Shown: positions 49,439 through 62,756 of the stretch, piece after piece
Layout of the letters: each line of letters begins with the position of its first letter
Numbering within the stretch: the first letter of the stretch is position 1
DNA from: Camelus dromedarius
Lineage: Eukaryota
Direction of reading: 5' to 3'
Assembly (NCBI RefSeq): GCF_036321535.1
Contig: NC_087436.1
Span: 38,938,001 to 39,002,000 of the forward strand
Length of the DNA stretch: 64,000 nt
Program-made: the position numbers and the translations under genes
Notes under the pieces: model-generated
The model's input: the letters and a program-made list of their open reading frames with translations, nothing else
The model's database searches: none
What the model was told of the DNA's origin: nothing

Positions 49439-51234
49439 ACTATCTATACATCTTGGACTGACTTGTTTTTAAAGTAGTTCTTTTAGGAATACAATAGTAA
49501 AATAACACTGAGTCTTTTGCTCATAGAGTATTGGCTTAAGCAATGAACTCAAAGGAAGTTGCCCTGGAGAGCACTTTTCTTTGTAAAGATGACAAAAATA
49601 TTCCGGGTACCAGTGTTTTCAAGTTGAACTTCCTTGTTGAAATTCACTTCATAGTCAAAAGAAAAAAGGGAAATAAGGCTTATTTTTTAATAAAGTAATA
49701 AAATTGTTGGAAAATATGCAGTGATAGAAATAATTCAAAGAATTACAGGTAAAGGCAGAAATTTTAGGGTACTTATTTTCTTTATTTCTTAACTGTTAGT
49801 ACTCTTGAATCTTTCATTCTCTTATCTGTAAAACAAGCCCTAAAACTGAAATTGTGCTGGAAGAAAAACAAACTCTTAGCAAGTAATATCCCTGGAATGT
49901 GAGTTAATGCCTTTTTGTATATTTTTAAATCAAGGTTTTCTGATTAAATTGCTTTCTGCAAGTTTTGTTCTGCTACTGTTTCAAATTCTTTTAGTTCTGA
50001 AGAATTCTCTTCATCAAATTAGTTATAATAGTTTTTATGTGATGAAGAAAAGCCATTCCAGTTACTAAAAACAGTAGTGACATTTAAACTTTAAACAGCA
50101 TTTAGTAGTAGGTAGAACAGTAGCTTTTAAACATTTCAGACTGCAACTAGAGTAAGCAATATTTTTATATTGAGATCCAGTTCACACGAACAAAAATAAA
50201 ACAAAATCAGTAGTTTCCTGAAATAATACTATTTCTGTGAGTGATATGCTCTGATTTTTCTTTTCATGTATTCTGTTCTATTCCATTTGAAAAGCTGCTG
50301 ATCATAACCATCTAAATTAATTTTTACACCACCTAGCAAAGCACAACTATAGTTTGAAAGACATGGACCAAGAAGTTTTTAGTGTAAGGAGCAATGTTTA
50401 CTCTTTTCTTTAGTACAGTTTGAAAATATACTCCCTTTTGATTAGAAAAGAATATTCATTTTGGTTTGATATTGTCACATTAACTTTTTTTTTACTGACA
50501 AAAGGAAAAGTTACTAACATTGTAAGTTAAAAAAAAAAACCTTTACTCTCTGGCTCCATGTATTACTAACATTATCCCAATTCACAGTTACATTTTTCCA
50601 TGGCTTAAAAGAGGGATATACCAATTATATAAGTTTATATTTATATAGATATAGGTACATGTGAAATTGTGTACAGTGTGTAATGTCACCAGAGTGTAAT
50701 GTCACCAGAAGGTGTGTGGATGGTGCCCATGTGGATAGTTTTGTTCTCAACTGAGATAGGAGAGAATAAGATAGTGGAAGGATTGTTAGATCAGAAGCAG
50801 GACTCTTTGATTCCGATTTTAGATGTGCAATGTGAGATTGGGCTAGTTTCTTAACTTCTCTGATCTAATTTTCTATTTTATAAATGAAGGAATTGATCTA
50901 GACTATTTCAAGATAATATCTAATTCTAAACTGCTTTGATTCTAAGCAAATCATTGTTTATTCAAACCCAGGAGAGTATTTCTTTATGCTATTCATATAG
51001 TACTTGTGGTTTATTTTTGTCAAAATAATAACTCTCTCCTTATTCATACTATTATATCTAAAATATTAATATCCTCTTCATATGCTAACAAGAGGACACT
51101 TAAATGAACATCAGGGTATAGAATTGTACAAATGGCATAGTCTAATACAGTCTAATAATTATTATCATTAACCATAATTGATACACTTATATGTATTTGC
51201 ATCTGAAAGCATGATAATTTTTCTGTGTTGCTAT

Positions 51235-51612
51235 GTGTCTTAGTCTATTCAGATTACTATAACAGAATATTATAGACTGGGTGACTTATAGACAACAGAA
51301 ATTTATTTCCCACAGTTCTGGAAGCTAGGAAGACTAAGAGCAAGGCACTGACAAATTTGGTGTCTGGCGAGAGCCCACTTCCTGATTCATAGATGGCATA
51401 GATGGCTCTTGTCTCTCTGTGTACTTACGTGGGGAAAGGGGCAAGGGAACTTTGTGGAAACTCTTCTATAAAGACACTAATCCCTTTCATGAGGACTACA
51501 CTCTCATCACTTAATCACCTCCTAAAGGCCTCACCTCCTAATACTATCAAATAGGGGTTAGGATTTCAACATACTGATTTTAGGGGGACCATGCACATTC
51601 AATCTATAGCAT
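51235..51612 (-). mobile_element. MaLR LTR (MLT1A-like)
   Basis: tgtcttagtctattcag...ctataacagaatattatagactgggtgactta...ggggttaggatttcaacata...cattcaatctatagca. Confidence 0.85.
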
Positions 51613-51697
51613 TAAGATAAGTTAAATGTGTTTTTAATAGATTTTGATGAGTTTGTGAGGAAACTTCTTGTAATTAATCATAAACTATGTCCACATC

Positions 51698-51957
51698 TCT
51701 TTCTTTCTTTCTTTTTTTTTATTGTTTTTAACTGAGGTACAGTCAGTTACAATACATCAATTTCTGGCATACAGCACAATGTCCCAGTTATGCATATACA
51801 CCCATATATTCATTTTCATATTCTTTTTCATTAAAGGTTATTACAAGATATTGAATATAGTTCCCTGTGCTATACAAGAGAAATTTGAATGTTTTAATCT
51901 ATTTTTATATATAGTGGCTAACATTTGCAAATCTCAAACTCCCAAATGTATCCCTAT
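51698..51957 (-). mobile_element. Young L1 3' end
   Basis: T-rich tail followed by actgaggtacagtcagttacaat...gatattgaatatagttccctgtgctataca; explains ORF 51722..52159. Confidence 0.85.
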
Positions 51958-53212
51958 CAGAAGTAAAGAATGTTTCTTGAATAAACGTGATCCATGTTTG
52001 CATTTGACTTTATGTTCCAAAATAAGAACTGAGCCTAGAGTGGTGTATGGCTTAGAAGACAGTCTTGCCCAGGAAGCCTGTACCCTGAGACAAATCAGCT
52101 ATGTTGTAGAATCTTCGTTAGCTCCAATTTTTCACATAGGTAGAAGTAAGGTAAAATAGATATTAGGAACTAAGTTTAAAACTAAGCTTGGGAAATATTC
52201 AAGCCTGCTTTTTCAAGATAAAATGGAAAGAAGAAAAAGTTATTTCAGGTTGATTATATTTAGGTGAGTTTCCCATTATGTTAGCATCAGCTCACAGAGT
52301 AATCACCTCCTTTCCCTAGTTATGACTACCAGATGCCTAACTTCTTTACACAAGCCTCTCAGAGAAGGGGACTTCAGATGATTATTTTTGTTCATGAACT
52401 CTCTAGAGATGATTGTGCCAAAGCATTGAAATTCAAGGGTAACATATTCTTGATTTGAAACATTCTAAACAGATACTTAAATGAAAATCCATTTTAGTTA
52501 AATAAATTAAAAAAAAGAAATGAAAGGTTATGTAGCAATCAGTCCCATGGGAACTCCTTTCTGGTTGTGTAATGTATTTTCTGAAGAGGTAGGATATACT
52601 GATCAAGGATAGTATTCACCATACTGATTTTTTTTTTTTTTAATTCTCAAGTGACCTCCAAAATATGTGAATGCTCGCAAGAAATAGTACTATTTTAGCA
52701 AGATCCTTGAAAGTCTCCATTTATTGCAATTTTGAGTCTGGAGAATAGAGCTAACACTAATGCTTATCCTAAAAGTAGTAAGGCCACTTTTAATCTTTCT
52801 GATTATGTATGTATTTAATATGCTCATTGCTTTAACATATATTCCAAATCAGGGCCAAATATGTCTATCCCAAAGCTGTTCCAGTATAACCTCTAGTCTA
52901 ACTTAGTTCTAAATGCCTCTGCTTTCTTACTGTGTGATTTTGGTAATTTTTGTTTTGTTATCAACAATAGCTAATACTTATCAAGCGTTTACCATGTATT
53001 GGGTAATATACTTTATAATGATTATTTTTAAGATAGATACTAGTACTATCCCCATAATTAGGGTACATTTATTTATTTAACAAAGTTTTATTTTTCACTA
53101 TGTACCAAGCACAGAGGATATAGCAGTTAATAAAAAAGACAAACTCTTTACTCTCAAAGAGTGCTCATTCTGGTGGATGAGATAAACAATAAAGAAATAC
53201 GTACTTATATCA

Positions 53213-53618
53213 TGTGTGGTTGTCACATCTTGCAGATCTCCAGCAACATGGTTGACAGAGGGCCCCGGTTCTGCTCACATGGACCTCCTTCCCTGACTTC
53301 TTGCTGAGTCTGCCTTTCACAGTCTGCCCCCAGCTTGTGACTGACCATGACAGTGACCCTAAGGCAGACCTGTTTCTGGGAAACACAGGACCTCTCCTGC
53401 AGGTGACTTTGGCTCAAGGATCTCTCAACAGCCTTACCAAATCTTCCCTACCAGCAGTCTAGAACACATCCGTGCACTTCAATCTGGGGTCCTTTGGGTG
53501 TCTCCCAGCCTTTCTTTGACCCTCCCCATTTTCTCTCACATGGACAATTTTCCTAATAAAATTTTTGCAGGTGTAACTCCATCTTTGCATCTGCTTCTCA
53601 GAGGACCCAGACTAACAC
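53213..53618 (+). mobile_element. ERVL LTR (LTR16-like)
   Basis: Ends cctaataaaatttttgca...tctgcttctcagaggacccagactaacaca; nested in an L2 fragment. Confidence 0.65.
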
Positions 53619-56600
53619 ATTTTGTTAGGGAGTAATAGGGCTATAAAGAAAAATAAAAGCACAGTTAGGTGTTGTAAGTGTGCGCTCTTAAGTAGGGGAG
53701 GTCAAGTAAGGTCTCAGGCAAAGGTGGCCTTTGAACCTCATACATTTGTGGGAACTCTAATTTCCAGGGCAAAATAAATTGCTTGAGATTTATAGCACTG
53801 ATTTGTGGTAGATCAGATAGCTGACACTTTTAAATACAACTGCTTTTATATGCAGATTGTATGTTAGTGGTGAAAAAGAAAATGTAACGAGAGTGCCTAT
53901 TTGGGTGACAATTCATGTCAGACAATTGTGTATATGTAGAAAAAAACTACTTCAAAGGGGTGAGGAAAAGGCTTCAGAAACCATAGAATAACACAGTTAC
54001 TTCCTCTCAGCCTGCTTCATTCTGGCATTCCTTTTATCCCCCTGTTCTTTTAGATTTATTTTGATAGTGCTGCAGCATCTATACCAATTCTTCAATCAGC
54101 AGTTTTAAAATAGGGTATGATATTGAATTTATCTTTTTTCCTTCTGACCTTTTCCAGTTCTGTTTCCTGCAACATCTCCATCTCCTATACTATTTAAGTT
54201 GTCACTGAAATATGTTTCAAAATATTACACAATACAGAATAATAAGTACATTCTTTTGGGATCTGAACTGTAACCTCTTAGAAATAGCTTTTTTTCCTCC
54301 TCTTTGCTCCTACATACCAAATCTTCCTGTTGAAATCACATTATATTGAGAAGCCAGGGAAAGTTTATATCCTGGGTTGAAATCTAGTTCTTTTATTAAA
54401 GGAATTCAAATAGGGGACACATCCTTTTATTTATCTAATAATATATCAGCTTAAGCCATTGAATCCTTATACAATTTTACTTACATTTTTCTTAGTTCTG
54501 AAAAGTTTAACTTTTTTAAACATGATTATTTTCTAAAAATTGTTTGATATGTTTATAAAGTGCTTTGATGGGTTAGTTTGGAATAGACTCCCTTTGCTTA
54601 TTCTTTTGGCAAAAGCCTGGCACTCTTCCACCTTTCATAGAAAGTGAACTGCCCTTCTTCCTACAGAATAGAGCGTGTGGAGGTCGAAAGTATTTTTCAT
54701 AAGAAAAGGGGCATTCAAAGCAATACTTTCCTAAGCTTAATAAAAAGCAGTTGTGGCTGAGAAACTGCAATGATGTCATGTAAGTTTTATCTTGTATAAG
54801 CAGCAGAGTGAGGAAATTCCAGAATTAATAAGTCTGCTGGTACAGCTGTGCCCTGAGTTGGAAAGTTCAGGATGTTCTTTTCACACTCACGACTGGACAT
54901 TTTGCTCCACATTAGCCTTTGTGAGAATAATTAGCTCCCTCCATTTCCAGGATGCTAAAACATTTGTAAATGGGTCCATTTAGAAAACATAAAATTTTAA
55001 GCGGATGCAGTAAATGGTCATCTTCACTAAAAATTATTGTCTGTATTTGCCTTGATTTTGTAATAACCAATAATCAGTTACTTTAAATTATCAAGTCCTT
55101 TCAAATATTGAGTTAAGAAATGGAAAATACTAGCCTTGAGAAATGATTGAAGAGAATGGAGAGTTAAAAGCCAAGAATGTTTCTAACCACAGCTCTTGTT
55201 AACGTAGCTCTAGTTATTATCTAGAGAACAATTAGCCAGCTGATCATCAAGAAATTGGCTAAATAAAATAGGAGGTATAATTTCATGGCCTGAAAGTCTG
55301 TTGAACAGTATAATGGAAATTGAGTTTCTGTTAAAGTTTTGAAAAGTAGAAAATATTTTTATTTAAAGGAATGTTTTTGATGTGTTATCACACCACATGA
55401 TTTTGCTCAGCCTTATGGTTATTAGTGTCGTGCATTTGTTTCCTCTTTATTTCCTCTTCTTTCCTTTTTCTTTGCCCTTAATGGGGGAAAGGAAAAAAAA
55501 AAGTTTACATGAATCAGAAACATGCCCAATGCTGAGCAAAAACAAGCAGGTTTAATCAGAGTATGCTTTTGTGTTTCTCTAATTTCATAATTAAACATGC
55601 ATATTGCTTGTTTCAACAGTCTGAAAATTCATCTTTTTATAGTTATGAGTGCCTGAATGACTTTGTAGGGTGACTCTAAAATGACTCAATTTATAGCTGT
55701 ATTTTCTCAAAATTAAGATAATGGAGATTTTTTTTTATTATTTTTGTCTAGACGTAATAAAATAGTTTAAGGCTGAAATTATTTTGAGAGAGAAGTTATG
55801 AACCATGAGTTCTTAGAGCATATGTTTTAGACGCACAAGTTCTTCCACTTTTGAGCTAGAATTAATGTAATAATCTTAGTTTTCTGAGGCTCAATTTTTT
55901 AATTATAAAATAGAGTTTATAATACCTTTCTCACAGGATAATCATGAAAATAAAGTAATATTAAAGACATACATTAAATAGCCTTTATAAAGCAGTGAAT
56001 ATAATGCTTGATATTTAGTAGTCCATCAACAAATGTTATTTTCATTCATTTATTTTTTCTAAAATAAATTTTCTTTCTCCTGTATTTCATTTTTCTTGTA
56101 TACAAATGTGGTTGGGAAAAAATGCCACAGTCTTTCTGTTGTCCTAAAAAGGCTATCATATTTCTTCAGACTTTGAAAGATTTAGTTGCTTTTCAGGTCA
56201 GTGGAAAACCTATTCAAATTCCTTTCAAATTCTAATTGTGTAGTAACCAGAGTGTGAAATGTTGGCACTTCTAAAGGTGTCAGACAGCTGAGCTAGAATT
56301 AATAGACATTTCCAGGAAAGGAAGAAATACGATAGTGAACAGAGGGTTATTCCTTCATTTTTTTACCCAGTTAAAAAAATACTTAGGATTTCCCCCCTTT
56401 TAAGTTCTCCTTTATGATACTGGAGAATACTGTTTCATAGCTATTTAATTGCTAACCCCTTTTGGTTGTTGACAGAGTGGTGACATTGAGCATAGAATTT
56501 AACTCTTCAGAGATAGCTAAATAATGTGGTGTAGTTTCAATTTAATGAAAAATAGTAACTCATTTCAACTTGCTAATAAAGAACTAAACCATTTCATCAA

Positions 56601-58034
56601 GATGCATAATAGAATATGACTAATTTTTATTTTTAAAAGATTAAAATGAACAAAAAAATGGCATGATTGGAGCCTTATATCTGGAGTTTATCACAGTTGC
56701 CAACGTTGTTGTTTTAAACAGATAAACACCAAAACATAAAAAAACTAAGATATCTTAAGGGTATTTTTTAAATTATACAAACTCTCTACAATGATAATAC
56801 GCATAAATATGATACATTAATATTATTCCTTTCTAGGGATTGCATTTTCATAAGCAAAGTTTTAAAAAATTTCTCTACTTTCAAGATTAGAAGATGATTA
56901 AAACAACCACCAATTTCAACATTACATACAGATTCTTTTGTAAATTATGTGATGTTGCTACATGGTATTTTCATTACTCTATTATGTACTTTTCTTCTTC
57001 CTATCTCCTAAACTTAATCCAGCGAATAGCTTTCTATAGATGAGACATTTCTTCTCTGGTATAAACATCTATCACAGAACTTTTAACTAAATTGTGATTT
57101 ATTTCTTACCAGTCCCATGTCATATACTTCCTCACCCATGTTTTAAGATATGTCTATAACTTTATATTAGTTTGGGTCTTTTATACCAATATATTCATAT
57201 ATTTCATGATAGATGCATGCTATTTTACTTCTAGATGCTTTTATGTTCTTCCATCTCTTGTTTTCCTGTGTGTTTTATGACATGTACTCCCTAGTGCTTA
57301 AGGATTTGAGCAGAATTTAGATTCAGTGAAGAAAGCTGCCAATTCTAAATACACACTCTTTTTCCCTCTCTCATATACATGTATTTATATGTATATTAGC
57401 ATGTGTTTTATTTGTTACTACTCTTCAAAAAATGCATAAAGTTGAACTGATCAATGCACAACATTGGGATTGGTGGAGTTGAATTCCCTCTCCATCTCCC
57501 TTGGTCATGAAAACTGCAACATTATGATGTTCTTTGAGTAACTGTCTCTCAGTCTCCTTGACTAAATACTAAAAAATATAATAACCCAACTAAACTCTGA
57601 AGAATGATGTCATCTGGAATAATTACCTAATGATTCAAAGCACGTTGAAAAATACAAAGCACTTTAGAAATTCTAAGAATGACTAATGAAAAGACTTCAT
57701 CCAGACAAGCTTGTTTGAAGCTTGTCAGAAAAGTAGAATCCAACCCTTTTCTGCATCAATAATGTTTGTATATCAGCTTCTATAGCTTTTATCCCTTAAG
57801 TAAAACTCTGAATTAATTTAAATATCTTGTGCTATATTTTCATTCTAGATTCATTTGAAAAACATTTTCATGAGTAATAGCTCATATTAAAGGCAAGAAA
57901 AATGAAACCCTTTGTTGTCAGTTACTTTTCTAGATTTTCTAATGAAAAGGCTGGATCACTTAAACAAGGTGAAAAAAAGAGATTATAAATGAAGACAACT
58001 GAGTTTAAAGTTTGTAAAATAAGATCTTGAGTTA

Positions 58035-58040
58035 TTTATT
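58035..58040 (-). terminator. Candidate proximal poly(A) signal (AATAAA) of MYOZ2
   Basis: TTTATT on + strand, about 165 nt past the stop codon; a further candidate lies at about 56626-56631. Confidence 0.4.
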
Positions 58041-58205
58041 AGTATTTGATCTGAGATTGAAATTAGATGCCATAAGAGGAAAACTGCTAAATTGCTATTA
58101 AATTATTGCTACTAATGAAGAGTGTAAATGGCTTTGTCAGTAAGCAGAATAGTAAAACAGCAACATTTATGTTCAGAGGTTTTTGTGGCACATACAACTT
58201 TCTTT

Positions 58206-58449
58206 TCATAGGTCTTCTGATTCTGGTATGGTGGTATCCTTGGTATCCTCTGTAGGTTCAGTTGTTATCACTATAGGAATATTCTCAGATATCCATCCCT
58301 TGGGAGTCCTATTAAAGGACCGTCTGCCAGAAAGAGGATTGGCAAAGGCCATGAACCTAGGATCTGTTAAAAGTAGTAGGTCAAAATCTGGAACCTTGAA
58401 TTTAACCATTTTTGATGCTTTTTCAAAACCTCCAAATGGGGTGGCAACT
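58206..58449 (-). CDS. MYOZ2: Myozenin-2 last coding exon ([22 protein letters not shown]...[16 protein letters not shown]...PESEDL-stop)
   Basis: Acceptor tttctcacag|A completes the AGA codon; TGA at 58206-58208; C-terminal ESEDL is the myozenin/myotilin PDZ-binding motif. Confidence 0.96.
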
Positions 58450-59519
58450 CTGTGAGAAATGAAAAGAAAAAAAGTACGTTAATTAATATTCAGATTTATT
58501 TGCCAGAAAATAGGAAACAATTTTATGCATGATCTTATGGGCCTGTTGTATGTTATATTCTCAGTAGGGTTTCATTTTTTGACCTTTGAGGCAAGCATTT
58601 CCATTCAAGGACTGTGCCTTTATGATAAAGTAGATATTTGGCAATAAATTGGTGTAAAGTCCTTTTGTATGCACTCTTGGTTTTGGACTAATCTGTTCCA
58701 TGTACCCTGAGTCATCACAAACATTTCTTGCCTTTGTGCCTTTGACAACAATGTTGCACTTGCTTAAGATATGTCCTCTGTGCCTCTTCTCCACTTGTGT
58801 ATGTCCTGTGGCCTTTAAGTTCTAATTTCCTTCCTGCTATCCTAGCCCACACTGTCTTTCTTAACCAAGTTCCTATAGCATAGCACTGATTGATTTTGAA
58901 GGTGATATGAGTACTGGTAATGACAAACTTTAAGTCAAGAGTGACTGAGGTGGGATTGAGAAAATAATCCTTAAAAGCGAGATAGTCAATGACTTGAGAG
59001 GGCCAGGAGTTCAGTGGATCACTTAGATGGATAGGTAAACCACCAAAAAGCAATGACAGAAATAATATTGGGGAAGAAGACAGTGAGCCAGATATTAAAA
59101 TCTTCAGAGAAGGGAATGTCCACAGAGTGGATCGATGACCTCAACAATGGCTATAGCAGATGTGACTGTGTCATATTGTACAGAATCTCATGTTTTATTG
59201 GCCCATAATTTTCTTGTCTTCCACTGTTTTGCTCTCTTCTGAAGAATGGTATGTTTTGCTTTTTTTGCATCTGTTCTCAAGATGCCTGACCTTATAATAT
59301 TTTTCCCAAATTGTTGTGGAAGATATGGGTAACAGCATGATTGGGGTAGTGACCTCAGTCTAATGTAGTATTTCAGCATCATATCAGTATAGACTTACAC
59401 GTCCAGGACCTAAAACCATTACTCTGGAGTTAAGAGAGATTGGTTTGGAAAAGCACTTTAAGAATTCAGATTATCAGTCAGGTGTATTATGATTATTAAA
59501 CTTCAGAAAGCATGGTAAT

Positions 59520-59930
59520 AATGAAAGCTAGTATTTATTGACTGGGTACCATGCACCTACACTGTTTTAAGTTCTTCTCAAACTCTGTTGATATAAGAAT
59601 CACCTTGGGATCTTGTTAAAGTGCAGATGCTAATTCAGTCAATCTACTATGTTTCTTGAGATTCTGCATTTCTAACCAGTTCTCAGGTATTGCCAGCACA
59701 GCTGGTCTGACCACACTTTGAGTATCAAAGCTTTACATGATTGCATCATTAAATTCTCACAACAACTTTATACAACTTTATGAGTTGATTCTTTTTATAT
59801 CCCCATTTAATAGATGAAACTGAGGCTCAGTAGTTAAATGACTTGTCCAAAATCACTGACCTAGTAAATCGTAGAATCAGAATTTAAACCCAGGCTTCCA
59901 GACTCACTGAAGACCTGCTATTCTATGTTA
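59520..59930 (-). mobile_element. MIR with nested MER5A-like element (about 59572-59728)
   Basis: ccccatttaatagatgaaactgaggctcag...gacttgtccaaaatcac (MIR); agaatcaccttgggatcttgttaaagtgcaga...ctgcatttctaac...ccacactttgagta (MER5). Confidence 0.75.
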
Positions 59931-60494
59931 CCTTATACTGTACCCCACGGGCTAATTCTTAAGGAGTATTGGGCCTTCTGTGATCACTTTCTGAGTAGAG
60001 CAGTATGTTTAGGAGTCTCAGCCACTTGGCTGTGTCTAAATGATGTCAGACCAGTCACATTCATGATGTCATATCATGATGTAACTGATTTAATGTCCCA
60101 CATTTTGTCACTTTACTTAGTGAATTAAGCCTTTATGACTCAAATTTGCTTCAGTTTATAAGTAAACTTATTTTTGGATGGCTAAGATGTCCAAGACAAT
60201 ATTTTGTCATTTTAGAAACTTAACATTGTAAAGCAGTAGTTTGTTCATTTGTTGATTCATTCATTTATTCATGCAACAAATTACTGATTGCTTACTACAT
60301 CTAGACATTCTGCTATATCTTAGGGATTCAAAGATGGAAAGATTGCATTAAATTTTAATTTCAATGAACTCAGACAAGTAAAGAGTGAAACATAAGGAGA
60401 GAAAAAAAAACACATTCTAGCATAAGATAGTTATTTCAAGGGAAAAATGTCCTGAATGCAGAGGAGTTTAGGGTAAAGCTTAGAGCCTGGGATT

Positions 60495-60655
60495 AGGACC
60501 AGCTACATAATTTTGTAGGGCGCAGTGCAAAATGAAAACTTGGGGCCCCTTATTTAAAAATTGTTAAGAATTTCAAACATTAAGGCAAAGCATTAAAACC
60601 AACCATGGCCTTTTTAAGTCTGGGACCCCCTGCAATTGCACAGGCTGCACATCTA
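60495..60655 (-). mobile_element. MER45A-like hAT element
   Basis: ggaccagctacataattttgtagggcgcagtgcaaaatgaaaacttggggcccct...aagaatttcaa...tgcacaggctgcaca. Confidence 0.7.
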
Positions 60656-61929
60656 TTTTTAAGAGTTTAAAAATATATAGTTATCCATTGGATACAAGAG
60701 GCTGGAGTTGAACATTTCTAGATTTAGGCTGAATTTGGTCAATTAATCTTATATTTTTGATTCCAGAAATCAACTTTATTCATTTATTTTTTTTCTGAAT
60801 TAAATGAAAAAAGAAATGTTCTTGTGCCACTGAAATCCAATGTTTGGGTTTGGCACTGAATGCATTAGTTTTTTCCTTTTATCCAGTTCTGTTTTGTTTT
60901 TCCCTCCTAATTTGTGGGTTATTTTCCTCCATAAATGAAAACATTCTCTTCCATTTCATCACCCATCTTCTACCTCCTACCACTTATTCAGTGAAAGGTT
61001 GCTGTTTGAAAAGCAGTTTTCTTTTTTTTGGCACCATTGAGACTATATCCTGTTTGTTTGAATTTTTATTACCCTTGGACTTAAAGTGAAGAAAGTCTAT
61101 TAACAGAGATGTTAAACTCTCAAAGCAAGAGACTATTAAAGATTTTTAAGATCTCTGAAAATAGTTTCAAGTTTTAGTCAGTTTGTGAAGCAAAAAATTC
61201 CACTAAAAGTTTTGGAATAGCTACTGAAATTTAACCGTGTATCTTTATAATTCCTATAACATAATTTCTTCAAACATAGATCTGATGTAAAGTGAGTTTT
61301 ATACTTTGTCATCTATGTAGTGACTAATAAGCTTGTTTCACTAATATTCAGTTAATATATGCTTTCTTGTTTATTTTGATCAATGATTGATTTGCATTTG
61401 TAAAAACTAATAGTGCTGGACATATAATACACCCACAATAATTACTAATATTTTATAAGGTAAAGAATTATGTGAAATGATTGTATAGTTCGAAGCAGAG
61501 CTGGAAACCTCCTTGTCCCTAATTTACTTTTCCTCACATGTTACGTTGGTTTAATATAGTGTTATTTGAATATAGCATAGTATTTAAATATCTCAAAATG
61601 AGTACAAGAGTGAATGCAAAGTTGTATTACACTATGGGCTATTTTGAAATTATGATTACCCTTGGGAGCCCATTCTCATCCAGTCACTGTCACTGATGAA
61701 TGCTATTAGACTGCATCACCCTTATATGCTTTATTAACAATATCTAGTAATTATGTATAATATGGGGCTACCAAACAATATTATTTTACTCTTTGCAAAA
61801 ACTTTGGAAATATTAGGAAACTACTTATTTCCCCCCTCTCTGTTGTTCCCATTTGCTTTTACAAGAAGAAAAAAATAAATATATTAAAATAAATTTTTCT
61901 CAAGTAAAGGAGAAGTAGTAGAAGGTTAA

Positions 61930-61931
<2 letters not shown>

Positions 61932-61990
<59 letters not shown>
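61932..61990. repeat. Compound microsatellite (TC)15(AC)~14
   Basis: Directly visible in the last intron of MYOZ2. Confidence 0.97.
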
Positions 61991-61992
<2 letters not shown>

Positions 61993-62598
61993 CACACACA
62001 CTATATGTTACATTTACAAAAGTCTTGATTTAACACAGGGAGCTATATTTCCTAACTATATAGTATTGTGTTCGTTTTTATAGCGCTTGGTCTTTATACA
62101 ATCAATAGGCATCTCTTTATAAGCAACCCAGATACACCAGTGTGTCTGTAGAACTGGAAGCAAGCTGCTCAGCAAGTGTGGGGTACTGAAAGCGCAAGGT
62201 ACACAGATATGGCATCTCTAAAGCACTAATCTCAAAAACAAGCTGCAAGTATTCCATTATTTTCATTTTCCCGAATGTTTTACTGTTTATAATTTTCTAC
62301 ACTCTAATTTTTTTTTAATTATGTCATTGATTAGAATGGGCTTCCATCCTTTCCTTGCCACTCCCCAACCCCTCTTTAAATTCTGTGGTATATCTCATTT
62401 ATGCAATATATGTAGTACTTACACAGTTAGTATTACTAATAATGTTAATAGTATTAGATGAAATACTAGTAGATGTATCACTAGTGTGTTAATAATAGAT
62501 GTAGTACTGATACTATTACTACAGTAGTATGTGAAAACTAAAATGTTGATAATTAATAAGTACAATACCTTTAAAAGTACTAAAGAAGATCACTATTT

Positions 62599-62756
62599 TT
62601 TTAAAGTAAAAATTTTTAGGGGGTGCAGGGGGTAATTTAGGTTTATTCTTTTATTTATTTACTTTTTTAATGAGGGTACTGGGGATTGAACCCAGGATAT
62701 CATGCACGCTAAGCATGAGCTTTACCACTGAGCTATACCCTCCCCTACCCACCTCC
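62599..62756 (-). mobile_element. tRNA-derived SINE (camelid vic-1-like), full length, with 14-bp TSD
   Basis: A box TAGCTCAGTGG and B box GGTTCAATCC on the minus strand; TSD gaagatcactattt at 62585-62598 and 62757-62770. Confidence 0.9.

Noticed and set aside
51722..52159. 145-aa ORF
   Set aside because: It begins in the antisense strand of an L1 3' tail and runs into unique DNA, with no recognisable domain.
55230..55275. Muscle enhancer (E-box CAGCTG plus MEF2-like A/T tract) downstream of MYOZ2
   Set aside because: The A/T tract does not fit YTA(A/T)4TAR, and a lone E-box is common by chance.
62670..62745. Possible tRNA gene (also at 8140-8210)
   Set aside because: The tRNA-like head is followed by an A-rich tail and, at 62.6 kb, is flanked by a TSD, so these are SINEs.
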